Of a stretch of DNA of 56,376 nucleotides, positions 18,878 to 27,955 are shown in pieces. How positions within the stretch are numbered: position 1 is the stretch's first letter; each line of letters opens with the position of its first letter. The notes beneath the pieces were generated by a model. That model did not search any database. It worked only from the letters and a program-made list of their open reading frames with translations, and was not told where the DNA came from. Source of the DNA: a virus (Duplodnaviria; Caudoviricetes); the IMG/VR virus record IMGVR_UViG_3300031227_000051, positions 1-56,376 of that record; one strand, written 5' to 3'. Both the position numbers and the translations under genes were made by a program.

Positions 18878-19258
18878 ATGTCAAAAAAATTAGGAAGAAT
18901 TTATCGAGAAGAAGATGAAACAATGAATCATGATGTTCAACGACAATATTATGATATTTTAAAGCTTTGCAAATTTATTTCTAAAGAAGATACATGATTT
19001 ATCGAAGGAACAGAGGTTAAATTTGTTGGTAATGATATATTTATTTTATGAGGTGAATATAATAATGAAGATGTATTATTTAATGACAATCTATCATTAT
19101 TTGAGGGACTTACAAATTTTAATTGTAAAGAAAACGAATCGGCTCATATAGACCAAGAAAGCTGTTCATTTGAGGAATTTAAAATTATGTATAAAGATAT
19201 GAATATATCAGAAATGTCATTAAAAGATTTTAAATCCTTGACAAAATATCAGAAGTAA
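18878..19258 (+). CDS. hypothetical protein (2 TGA=Trp)
   Basis: AAGGT RBS; 126 aa open under code 4. Confidence 0.7.
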
Positions 19259-19297
19259 TTATTATAGTTTTATAGAGTGAAAAAAGAATTTAATGTA

Positions 19298-19450
19298 AAG
19301 ACTTACATCTTTAATGTTATTCGTAATGACCTTATGTGAAAGCATTCCGATGAATGAGTTATTAGAAACCCGGAGCATTAAAGAGGTTATTGAGTGGGTG
19401 GAGCTTTATAAGCGTAGAAGCTCGCAAGTGTAATTCCGGTCTGTAAGTCT
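19298..19450 (+). ncRNA. structured ncRNA candidate
   Basis: AGACTTACA/TGTAAGTCT closing stem after a promoter. Confidence 0.45.
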
Positions 19451-19460
19451 CTATTTATAT

Positions 19461-19538
19461 GCAGGTGTAGCAAATTATTGGTTTTTGCAACGGACTTTTA
19501 ATCCGCCAATGCAGGTTCGATTCCTGTCACCTGCACCA
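19461..19538 (+). tRNA. tRNA-Lys (TTT)
   Basis: cloverleaf, CCA. Confidence 0.85.
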
Positions 19539-19668
19539 AAAAATTATATGAGATCATCAGGAACGATGTTATATACGAGATATTAGTAAATTTATGAACG
19601 TAAGCATAAATGAAAACATCTCTAATAAGGAGGATTCAATTCCCTTCGTCTCGTCAAAATTCATATAA

Positions 19669-19814
19669 GTGTGAGGTAAGTTAAACTGGTAAAAAGCACT
19701 CTTACGAGAGTCGAAGTCCGATGGTCGGTATGGTATCTCAAGTACCAATAACGCCGAAACAGGTTCCTGACAGCAGGAGTAAAGCTAATTGATCGGATTT
19801 AACTTACCTCACAC
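19669..19814 (+). ncRNA. multibranch ncRNA closed by a perfect 17-bp helix
   Basis: GTGTGAGGTAAGTTAAA/TTTAACTTACCTCACAC; inner TCCGAT/ATCGGA, TGGTA/TACCA, TCCTG/CAGGA. Confidence 0.65.
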
Positions 19815-19843
19815 AATAAAATAAAAAATAATAGAGGTATAAT

Positions 19844-20086
19844 ATGTCAAAAAAAGTTTATCGTTACGTTTTTTACAAACTTCAGCCGGTTTTCGCAATT
19901 TCTTCTGCAGAATCTAAAAATGATTTATCGATGAATTTCAGTAAAAATGGTTTTGATAAGGGCGGTCATTTTGTTGAATTAAATGATGAAAGAGAGTGTA
20001 TAAGAAATAAAATTCCTATCGAAACAATTGATAGACTAAATGAATGTCATAGTATATCATTTATTGAAGAAATTAAAGATGATTAA
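19844..20086 (+). CDS. hypothetical protein
   Basis: GAGGT RBS. Confidence 0.6.
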   Translation: MSKKVYRYVFYKLQPVFAISSAESKNDLSMNFSKNGFDKGGHFVELNDERECIRNKIPIETIDRLNECHSISFIEEIKDD

Positions 20087-20097
20087 AGAATTATATT

Positions 20098-20174
20098 GAC
20101 TCAGTGACCGAATGGTTTAAGGTAACGGATTGCAAACCCGTTTATTGAGAGTTCGAATCTCTCCTGAGTCTCCA
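20098..20174 (+). tRNA. tRNA-Cys (GCA)
   Basis: cloverleaf, U73, CCA. Confidence 0.92.
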
Positions 20175-20470
20175 TTTTATAAAAGTAATTAAAAATGATT
20201 TTAATTGTTACATGGCTCAACTACAGCACACGAACAATGTTCGTGGTACATTATAGACACTGTTGTAAGGTTAGAAACTTACTGTAATAATTAATGATCG
20301 AACCACTGATCAATACGTTGACCAAGTATGAAATTCATAGAAACTATAAGAGACTCGATCAGTCATTATTTTTAAATTATATTGACAGAAAAGCAATAAA
20401 GAAGTATATTGTCTTTATAAGTGATAGAGAGTTATTAAATTAAAAATAATAAAAGACAATAGGAGAAGAT

Positions 20471-22360
20471 ATGAGTTTAAGCTTTAAAGAAAGGGAATAT
20501 TTAAGACACAAGAAGTTATATTATTCAGGTACACCAGAAATTAGTGACTCAGAATTTGATGCATTAGAAGATGATATTAAATTAACAATTCCAAATAGTT
20601 TCGTATTGTTACAGGTTGGGTCAGAATTAGAAAAAAGTTCTGAATATTTAGTTAAGCACAACAAAGAAATGTTATCATTGAATAAGACAAGAGAAACTAA
20701 AGATATATATTCTTGGGCAAAAGGTGAGGAATTAGTTATAAGCATTAAAGAGGATGGTACAGCAACTAGTTTAATTTATGATGATACTAATAACTTCGTA
20801 ATAGCAAAAACAAGAGGTGACGGTATTTTTGGTAAGAATATAACTAATAACTTTCAACATGTAGTTTTCCCAAGACATATATCTCATTCTGAGAAATCAA
20901 TCGAAGTTCGAGGCGAATCAGTGATTACACAAGACAGTTTTGATATGCTTACTAAAGAATGTAAGAAAAGAGGGATAGCCGAACCTAAGTCTATCAGAAA
21001 TATAGTTGCAGGATTATTAAGTCCAACAAGAGAACACGATATGGATTTAGCTAAATATGTAGATTTTGTAGCTTATGAAGTTATTGGTGTTGATGTAGAA
21101 ACCGAAATGGAAATGTTTAGACTATTGGACTCCTGGGGATTCCAAATTCCATTAACGATCAAAGTAACAGATACAGTAGAAGATGAAGTTAGAAGATACG
21201 CAGATTACAAAGATACACTTCCTCACTTGTCAGATGGATTGGTTTTTACGATTAATAACAGAAAAGCTCAGATTGGTCGTGGGAGTACAGGTCATCACTT
21301 CAAGGGTAAGATGGCTTTTAAATTAGAAAGTGAAACAGGAATTACTACAGTAATAGATATTATAGAAAAAACGAATAGAACTGGAAAAGTTAGTTTTGTT
21401 GCAATTGTAGAACCTATATTTTTATCTGGTGGAAATATTACAAAAGTTACTCTTCACAATGCTTCTCAGGTAAAAGCTCATCAGTTAGCAGTTGGAGATA
21501 AAATTAGAGTAACTCGCTCAGGAGAAGTTATTCCAAAGTTATTGAATGTAGTTGAACATAATGGTCAATTTAGTTTACCAACACACTGTAATAGTTGCGG
21601 AAGCAAATTGAAATGGTCAGACACTAATGCAGATTTAATGTGTAACAATAGTGATTGTGACAGTAGTAATATTACAAAAATTATTCACTGGATTAAAGCA
21701 GTAGGTATCGAAAATGTTGGTGCGAAAACAGTTCAAAGATTATTCGATGAAAATTTGATCGAAAACATTTTGGACTTATACTTATTAAAATATGGTGACA
21801 TTAGTTGCTTAAGAGGATTTGGTTCTCGCAAAGAAGAAATCATAATTGAGAATATCAATAAGAGTAAAAATATCACGATAGACAAAGTAATAATTGGCAT
21901 GGGATTTCACGGTATTGGCAAAACATTTACCAAAGAATTGACAAAGATATTTCCCAATATCGAAGCAATGAGAATGGCAACTGTAAATGATTTGTTAAAC
22001 ATTAAAGGTATTGGTGATGTAACAGCAAATGATTTTTTCAATAATTTCCCAAAAATTAATAAAATGTATTCTGATTTAATAAAGTTAGGATTTAATATTA
22101 CAGAAGGAGAAAAACAAATGATAACCTCTCTTAACATTGAAGATTTAAACTTTGTAATTACTGGTAAACTATCGCAAAGTAGAGCAGTAATCAAAAAGTT
22201 AATAGAAGAAAATGGTGGTAAGGTATCAGGTAGTATTTCAAAGTCCACTGACTATCTTGTTGCGGGAGAAAAGTGCGGAGCAAAACTGCAAAAAGCTAAA
22301 GATAATGATGTTACAATTATTACTGAAACTGAATTGTTAGATATGCTAAATGTAAACTAA
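20471..22360 (+). CDS. ligA: NAD-dependent DNA ligase
   Basis: YY..ISDSEFD, MLSL, KEDG, TRGDG, EVRGE, DGLV, OB fold, C4 Zn finger, HhH, BRCT. Confidence 0.95.
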   Translation: MSLSFKEREYLRHKKLYYSGTPEISDSEFDALEDDIKLTIPNSFVLLQVGSELEKSSEYLVKHNKEMLSLNKTRETKDIYSWAKGEELVISIKEDGTATSLIYDDTNNFVIAKTRGDGIFGKNITNNFQHVVFPRHISHSEKSIEVRGESVITQDSFDMLTKECKKRGIAEPKSIRNIVAGLLSPTREHDMDLAKYVDFVAYEVIGVDVETEMEMFRLLDSWGFQIPLTIKVTDTVEDEVRRYADYKDTLPHLSDGLVFTINNRKAQIGRGSTGHHFKGKMAFKLESETGITTVIDIIEKTNRTGKVSFVAIVEPIFLSGGNITKVTLHNASQVKAHQLAVGDKIRVTRSGEVIPKLLNVVEHNGQFSLPTHCNSCGSKLKWSDTNADLMCNNSDCDSSNITKIIHWIKAVGIENVGAKTVQRLFDENLIENILDLYLLKYGDISCLRGFGSRKEEIIIENINKSKNITIDKVIIGMGFHGIGKTFTKELTKIFPNIEAMRMATVNDLLNIKGIGDVTANDFFNNFPKINKMYSDLIKLGFNITEGEKQMITSLNIEDLNFVITGKLSQSRAVIKKLIEENGGKVSGSISKSTDYLVAGEKCGAKLQKAKDNDVTIITETELLDMLNVN

Positions 22361-22599
22361 GGAGATAAAATGAGTAAACATATAAATCTTTATAAACTCT
22401 ATCACGAAATAACGGGAGAAATGATTCTTGATTGGTCAACTAAAGAAGAAATACTGTTAAAATACGAAAACAAGAGGATTAATTGAAGAAGATTTATCAA
22501 TGAATACTTTTGACCCTCATGATTTTTGAGATGGAATTCATGAAATAGAAGAAGCTCCACATAATAAAAAAGAAAAGAAAAGAAATAATAGATAATAAA

Positions 22600-22719
22600 A
22601 GGATACATACAGCAAATCAAATTAGGACTTGTAATCCCCATTTGTTGGTTCGAATCCAGCTCTTAATGTGTTAAAGCGTTAGGATTGCTTAATTGGTAAA
22701 GCAGGTAAAACGTATCCTG
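22600..22719 (+). ncRNA. CAGCAAA-element copy 6 containing a circularly permuted tRNA (loop CTTGTAA, Thr-like)
   Basis: GGA-CTTGTAA-TCC, T arm GTTGG-TTCGAAT-CCAGC, closed acceptor TCTTAATG/CGTTAGGA, D arm GCTT-AATTGGTA-AAGC; GGATAC/GTATCC-TG. Confidence 0.85.
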
Positions 22720-22733
22720 TATTATCTATACTT

Positions 22734-22819
22734 GGCTCTCTAGGAGAATTGGAATATCCAGCGTCCTTAGAAGTCGTGCCTTAACAGGTGTCTCGGTTCG
22801 AGTCCGAGGAGAGCTACCA
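22734..22819 (+). tRNA. tRNA-Leu (TAG)
   Basis: class II cloverleaf, CCA. Confidence 0.88.
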
Positions 22820-22851
22820 AATATATAATCAATAAAAGTTTTAGTTTATAA

Positions 22852-22928
22852 GGTCGTCTAGCCCAACTGGAAGAGGCGCCAGCTTCAAACACTGTACAGT
22901 CTGAGTTCGAATCTCAGGATGACTACCA
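22852..22928 (+). tRNA. tRNA-Leu (CAA) with short variable loop (anticodon register somewhat ambiguous)
   Basis: CCAGC-TTCAAAC-ACTGT, A73, CCA. Confidence 0.7.
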
Positions 22929-23007
22929 AAAACAGAATCTCGTTTTATCAATGAATTCTCGGCTCGACATCGAGCAGAAACGTCAAATTAATGCAAAAGG
23001 AGTTGTG

Positions 23008-23802
23008 ATGAAGTTTACGGAAATAAATGATTTAAATTTAAAAGAATGAAAAGAAATTCGAGAAGAGCTATATATAACAACAAACGCTCTTTGATATACT
23101 GGACACGATGATTACAACTTGTTTAAGATACCAAAAAGAGATTTCTTACCTGAAAATTCAAAAACCTTTCATGGATTATTTATTCCAGAAATACCATATC
23201 AATTCATATCAAGATTTACAAAAGCCGGTGAAACAGTATGAGACCCGTTTTCAGGAAGCGGAACAACGCACAAGGTTGCTAAAATACTTGATAGAGAGTG
23301 CATTTCAACTGATTTAACGCCAACGGAAGATTTTATTGAATATGGTGACGCATTAACATATAAACCTCAAAAAAACGTACAAATGATATTTTTACATCCT
23401 CCTTATCATGATATCGTAAAGTACTCTGACAAAAGAGACGACATATCTAATTGCAAAGATGTTAAAAATTTTTTAATTAACTTTAAAAAGATAGTTGACA
23501 ATGTTACTCAGTATCTAGATGATTCAAGAATTTTAATATTAGTCTGTGGTAATATATACAAAAATAGTGAAGAAGTTTCTCTTGGTATATATTGCAAAGA
23601 AATTGTTAGAAATGCAGGATTTAGACTGAAGAGTCATATCATTAAAGATTATGGATGAACAAAAGGAGCCAAGAATAATAATTTAATGTATTACAGAAGA
23701 TTAAAGGGTGGATATAATAATTTTTATGGAGATAATATTTTTATATTACAAAAGAAAAAGTCATTCAATATTATTGATTTAAATGATATTTATAATAGTT
23801 AA
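23008..23802 (+). CDS. N4/N6 DNA methyltransferase (4 TGA=Trp)
   Basis: V-W-DPFSGSGTT SAM motif and HPPY catalytic motif join in one frame only under code 4. Confidence 0.88.
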
Positions 23803-23809
23803 AATACAT

Positions 23810-23895
23810 GCCTCTGTTGGCAAAGTGGTGAAGCTAGCAGGCTAAGAACCTGCCCCTTTTTAGGGTTGAGAGTTCGACACTCTCCAGAGGCACCA
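23810..23895 (+). tRNA. tRNA-Leu (AAG)
   Basis: class II cloverleaf, loop CTAAGAA, CCA. Confidence 0.88.
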
Positions 23896-23919
23896 TTTTT
23901 AATTAAAGGAAGTTAATAA

Positions 23920-24156
23920 ATGATTAAAATAACAGTAGAATTAATACCATTTGGAATTGGCAAACCGAGAAAAATTGGTGAGGCCAAAATCTGAAATGAT
24001 GCAACTGGGTCTCAAACAACAGGAAATTATGGGTATAAGTTGTTTGGTAAAAAGAATAAATTAATGAAAGAAGGAACAGTAAAAAATTTTAAAAGAAAAC
24101 AAAAACATGTCTGAGAATTATTATATTTATCACTAAAAGATAAGTATGAGAGATAA
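23920..24156 (+). CDS. hypothetical protein (2 TGA=Trp)
   Basis: AAGGA RBS; MIKITVELIPFG...HV-W-ELL. Confidence 0.7.
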
Positions 24157-24208
24157 AAATCTTGACAAAATAAGTTAGATAAACATTATTGATTATGTAA
24201 TGCAACTT

Positions 24209-24298
24209 GCTCCGATGGCGGAATCAGGCAGACGCTGCGGCCTTAAAAGCCGCTTGGGTAATATCCCAGTATGAGTTCAAGTCTCATTCGGAGCACCA
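24209..24298 (+). tRNA. tRNA-Leu (TAA)
   Basis: class II cloverleaf, CCA. Confidence 0.92.
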
Positions 24299-24379
24299 AA
24301 TATTTAAAAATAAAAAATAGGAGAATGAAGATGAAAAGAGAAAATTTCATTACTAAGTGGAACGAAAGACGAGAACGTT

Positions 24380-24583
24380 ATGACAAAAGAGGAGCATAAA
24401 GTGAAAATTAAAATAATGATTAATTTGGAAATTTTGATTTTAGCATATTTGTTGATATTTCATGTTTTTGATGTGTCAGCATTTATTTCAACAATAGTAG
24501 TAATTGGTTTGTGTCTCATTTTTGAAAATGCAGAAAAAATTTACAATAAATTACTTAATTCGCAAAAGAAAGTGACAAAATAA
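24380..24583 (+). CDS. small membrane protein
   Basis: two hydrophobic segments; true start may be GTG 24401. Confidence 0.55.
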   Translation: MTKEEHKVKIKIMINLEILILAYLLIFHVFDVSAFISTIVVIGLCLIFENAEKIYNKLLNSQKKVTK

Positions 24584-24588
24584 CATAT

Positions 24589-24662
24589 AGGTCTGTGGTG
24601 TAATGGTAGCATGTGGGTCTCCAAAACCTTTGGTGAGGGTTCAAGTCCTTTCAGACCTGCCA
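24589..24662 (+). tRNA. tRNA-Trp (CCA) with unpaired 27:43
   Basis: AGGTCTG/CAGACCT, G73, TGGGT-CTCCAAA-ACCTT. Confidence 0.92.
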
Positions 24663-24682
24663 AAATTATAAGTGAGAAAATT

Positions 24683-24832
24683 ATGAAAACGATAGAAGTT
24701 TTGTATAAAAAGTTAAAAGTAAATACTTATCAGTGTAGTTATTGTGGTTGGGTTTTCAGCGAAAGCAAATATCATAGATTAAATGATTACAGTCTTTGTT
24801 CTGGTTGTTTTCGTAAAATTACTACAAAATAA
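24683..24832 (+). CDS. small Zn-finger protein
   Basis: CSYCG...CSGC. Confidence 0.55.
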   Translation: MKTIEVLYKKLKVNTYQCSYCGWVFSESKYHRLNDYSLCSGCFRKITTK

Positions 24833-24849
24833 TAAAATATGAACTAACT

Positions 24850-24923
24850 GGGGATGTGATGTAACGGTAACATAATACACCTGCAATGTATTTCTAAGAG
24901 TTCGATTCTCTTCATCTCCACCA
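24850..24923 (+). tRNA. tRNA-Ala (TGC), C33
   Basis: G3-U70, loop CCTGCAA, CCA. Confidence 0.9.
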
Positions 24924-24931
24924 TTTAATTT

Positions 24932-25007
24932 GCCCTCGTAATTCAACTGAATAGAATATTCGGCTACGAACCGAACGATACGGGTTTGACTCCTGTCGAG
25001 GGTACCA
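24932..25007 (+). tRNA. tRNA-Arg (ACG)
   Basis: cloverleaf, CCA. Confidence 0.9.
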
Positions 25008-25030
25008 AATAAATTAGAAACTTAAATTAT

Positions 25031-25112
25031 GGAGAGTACCGACAAGGTGTCAAACTGGATTCGAAATTCAGGGACGTTACGGCGTAAGTTTCGATTACTT
25101 TACTCTCCTCCA
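25031..25112 (+). tRNA. tRNA-Ser (CGA)
   Basis: class II, CTGGA-TTCGAAA-TTCAG, CCA. Confidence 0.8.
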
Positions 25113-25156
25113 GAATTTTATAAAAAAGCATACAATAAAAGAAAAGGAGAATTATT

Positions 25157-25318
25157 ATGCCAAGAAGAGACGGAACTGGACCTGATGGACAGGGATCAAA
25201 AACAGGTAGAAAATTAGGAAATTGCGAAAAAAAAGAAAATCCACAATCAAATAGACTTAAAAGAGGACTTCGAGATATGGGTATAGGTCGCTGGAAAATT
25301 GTAAATAAACCAAAATAA
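25157..25318 (+). CDS. DUF5320-like small basic protein
   Basis: AAGGAG RBS; MPRRDGTGPDGQGSKTGRKLGNC. Confidence 0.7.
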   Translation: MPRRDGTGPDGQGSKTGRKLGNCEKKENPQSNRLKRGLRDMGIGRWKIVNKPK

Positions 25319-25373
25319 ATTATTTCATTCTTGACAATTTCAGATATATTTACTTTAATTGATTTAAATCAGT

Positions 25374-25458
25374 GGAAGAGTCGACAGTGGGGCAGTCAAG
25401 CAGTTTTGAAAACTGTGGCGTTACGGCGTTGGGGGTTCGAGTCCCTCCTCTTCCGCCA
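25374..25458 (+). tRNA. tRNA-Ser (TGA)
   Basis: class II, G73, CCA. Confidence 0.9.
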
Positions 25459-25498
25459 TTTATATTGTATTAAATTAAACGAAGTCAAGGAGACAGAA

Positions 25499-25651
25499 AT
25501 GAAAGAACAGATTTCGGATTTGAAGAAGATAAGAACTATTAGCGAAATACTTGGCGAAATTTTAAGTCTTTCAAGTAATGAGACTAGAACAGTTATTGCG
25601 AGAATTGGTACACAGCGATATGAAGAAATGTTATATTTATTACTTATTTAA
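25499..25651 (+). CDS. hypothetical protein
   Basis: AAGGAG RBS. Confidence 0.55.
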   Translation: MKEQISDLKKIRTISEILGEILSLSSNETRTVIARIGTQRYEEMLYLLLI

Positions 25652-25658
25652 TAAAAAT

Positions 25659-25740
25659 GGAGAAATACGTTAACTGGTAAACGGCTCGGTTGCTAACCGT
25701 GTGGCCTACGGGCTTCAGAGTTCGAGTCTCTGTTTCTCCG
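25659..25740 (+). tRNA. tRNA-Ser (GCT), no CCA
   Basis: class II cloverleaf, G73. Confidence 0.88.
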
Positions 25741-25824
25741 ATTTTTGAATAAAACAAACAATTAGTCTCGAACTTTTTTATTTTTCATATATACTAATAT
25801 AAAGAATGATTAAGGAGAATAATT

Positions 25825-26697
25825 ATGAAGTTTAATTTTGTTTATAAAATTACAAATATAGTTAATAATAAAATTTATATTGGCAAACATTCAACTGATA
25901 ATATTAAAGATGGATATATGGGTTCTGGATTATGTTTAGGTAGAGCTATTAAAAAATATGGCATTGATAAATTTAAAAGAGAAATATTATATGAATTTGA
26001 TACAAAAAAAGAGGCTTACTTAATGGAAGCAAAAATAGTTAATAAAGAATTTATTAAAAGAAAAGATACCTATAATATTAAACTTGGCGGAGAAGGTGGT
26101 TGAGACCACACAAGAAAAATGGTTACAATTAAAGATTCTACTGGAAATTGCTTTAATATTCCCATTAATGATCCTAGATATTTATCTGGAGAGTTAATCG
26201 GTGTAACAAAGGGGTTTATCCCAGTTAAAGATGAAAATGGCAATACTAGTCAAGTATCAGTAAACGACCATAGATATTTGTCAGGAGAACTAGTTGGCAT
26301 AGCAAAAGGTTTGGTTATGGTTAAAGATGAAAATGGCAATACTAGTCAAGTATCAGTAAATGATCATAGATATTTGTCAGGAGAACTAGTTCATATAGCA
26401 AAAGGTTTGGTTATGGTTAAAGATGAAAATAATAACATTTATAAGGTATCAAAAAATGATTCAAGATATTTGTCAGGTGAATTAGTTGGAATTTGAAAAG
26501 GCAGAAATCATTCAGAAGAAACAAAAAGAAAAATATCAAAATCTAACAAAAACAATCATATTGGAAAGTTAAATTCTCAATATGGAACATGTTGAATTAT
26601 GAATGAAAAATTACAAAAAAGTAAAAAAATAAAAAAAGAAGACTTACAATATTGACTAAATATAGGCTGAAGTAGAGGAAGAAAAATGTCAATATAA
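25825..26697 (+). CDS. GIY-YIG homing endonuclease, paralog of 15469 (5 TGA=Trp)
   Basis: same catalytic domain, four RYLSGEL repeats, NUMOD3, G-W-SRGR. Confidence 0.9.
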
Positions 26698-27133
26698 ATG
26701 TAATGATGATGAAATTGAGACATCCGAAGTGGTAGTAGAGTATCGTGGGGCGGAATGCAAATAACCAAGCAGAGGGGTTCGACTCCCTGATGCGTAGGAC
26801 CAAGCGATAATGCAAGTATCAAATCTTGCTCATTATATTTAATACAAGGAGTAACAAATGACAAATCGTAAAGTAATGATTCAAACACAAAATAACAATT
26901 TTTTAGCAGTCAATCAATATCTATCTCATGTCGAAATAGATGAATTTATGAAAAAGATTTACAATAATTAAAAAATATGGGATAGTTCATGTTAGTATTT
27001 ATCATCATTATACTGCTTTTACTCACTTAATGTTAGTAAAAATCGTCATACACTTTTTTGTTAATAAAATATTAACTTGACAGATTTGAGTATAACTGAT
27101 AAGTTACATATAAGAATAAAAAAGGAGTTAATA

Positions 27134-27412
27134 ATGAAATTAAAAATATCTAGTGTGAAAAGCTCTTACAGTAAGTTAACCATAACTGCTGACGAAGTAC
27201 GATTGAAACTTATGAATCAAATATCAGAAGCAAGTAAAATTAGAACTATCGATTTAACAAAGACAATTATGAATACAATAGATAAAAATTTACTAACAAT
27301 GACATTGCGTGGCAACTTTATTTTTGATAAATTTGATAATGACAATCTGTATATAGCACTAAAATATAATACCAAACCCAGAAAATGTGAAGCGTATTTT
27401 AGCGAAAAATAA
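27134..27412 (+). CDS. hypothetical protein
   Basis: AAGGAG RBS before ATG 27134. Confidence 0.6.
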   Translation: MKLKISSVKSSYSKLTITADEVRLKLMNQISEASKIRTIDLTKTIMNTIDKNLLTMTLRGNFIFDKFDNDNLYIALKYNTKPRKCEAYFSEK

Positions 27413-27418
27413 CGATAG

Positions 27419-27578
27419 AGAGCATCAGATATAAGAAATTATATGGGCATACGAAGGAAAGAAATAGGGAATAGTTTTTTGAGAAATGCTATTAGCACTT
27501 AGAACGCCACACTACCCTTGTGGAACCTGTTCGGTCGGAGAACAAAAGGTATAGATCTATTCGCCTCTGGGTGCTCTT
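27419..27578 (+). ncRNA. structured ncRNA candidate
   Basis: AGAGCATCAGA/TCTGGGTGCTCT closing stem; GC-richer than flanks. Confidence 0.45.
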
Positions 27579-27599
27579 TATTAATAAAGAAAGGAGTCT

Positions 27600-27947
27600 T
27601 TGTTTATGAAAAAAAATATGAGATTAACATTTAAAGAAAAAGGGTTTCCAATGGGAAGATTAATATCTGGAAGTAAATTCATGTATCGTGATATTCACCC
27701 AAATAATTTAGTAATATTTAATGCTAATATTATTGATGTTAAGACAAGAGATAATGTTTGGTGTGGAGATTTAGATATTACATTTGACGCCGAGAAATTA
27801 ATAGAATTATCAGATGAAGTTGATACAGAATATTTAATACTAACTGAACATGATTCTATTGATAATTATGTTTGGTCAACAAAAACTGGAGTTAGTGAAA
27901 AATACAAAGAATATTTCAATGATAATTTACTGAAGAAAACTAAGTAG
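27600..27947 (+). CDS. hypothetical protein
   Basis: AAGGAG RBS. Confidence 0.65.
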   Translation: MFMKKNMRLTFKEKGFPMGRLISGSKFMYRDIHPNNLVIFNANIIDVKTRDNVWCGDLDITFDAEKLIELSDEVDTEYLILTEHDSIDNYVWSTKTGVSEKYKEYFNDNLLKKTK

Positions 27948-27955
27948 AGGAAAGT

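Noticed and set aside
19669-19814. Hammerhead ribozyme
   Set aside because: CGAAAC is present, but there is no correctly placed CUGANGA core.
9918-22719. CRISPR array from the CAGCAAA repeats or promoter repeats
   Set aside because: Copies are dispersed with no regular spacers, and no cas genes were seen.
22852-22928. Opal suppressor tRNA (CT-TCA-AA reading)
   Set aside because: Stem pairing (CAG/CTG) centres the loop on CAA; A73 and the D arm fit Leu; 31:39 mismatches are common in this phage. A UCA register needs a 2-nt bulge, so it is disfavoured but not fully excluded.
15602-23317. Track ORFs 15602..15907 and 23108..23317
   Set aside because: Alternative frames inside genes that are continuous under code 4.
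11601-26697. Endonuclease and methylase pseudogenes
   Set aside because: All interruptions are TGA, mostly at Trp-typical positions, with no frameshifts and no internal TAA or TAG.
27419-27578. RNase P RNA
   Set aside because: GAAGGAAAG and ACAAAA resemble conserved regions, but the P4 pairing could not be built and the segment is short; kept only as an unknown ncRNA.
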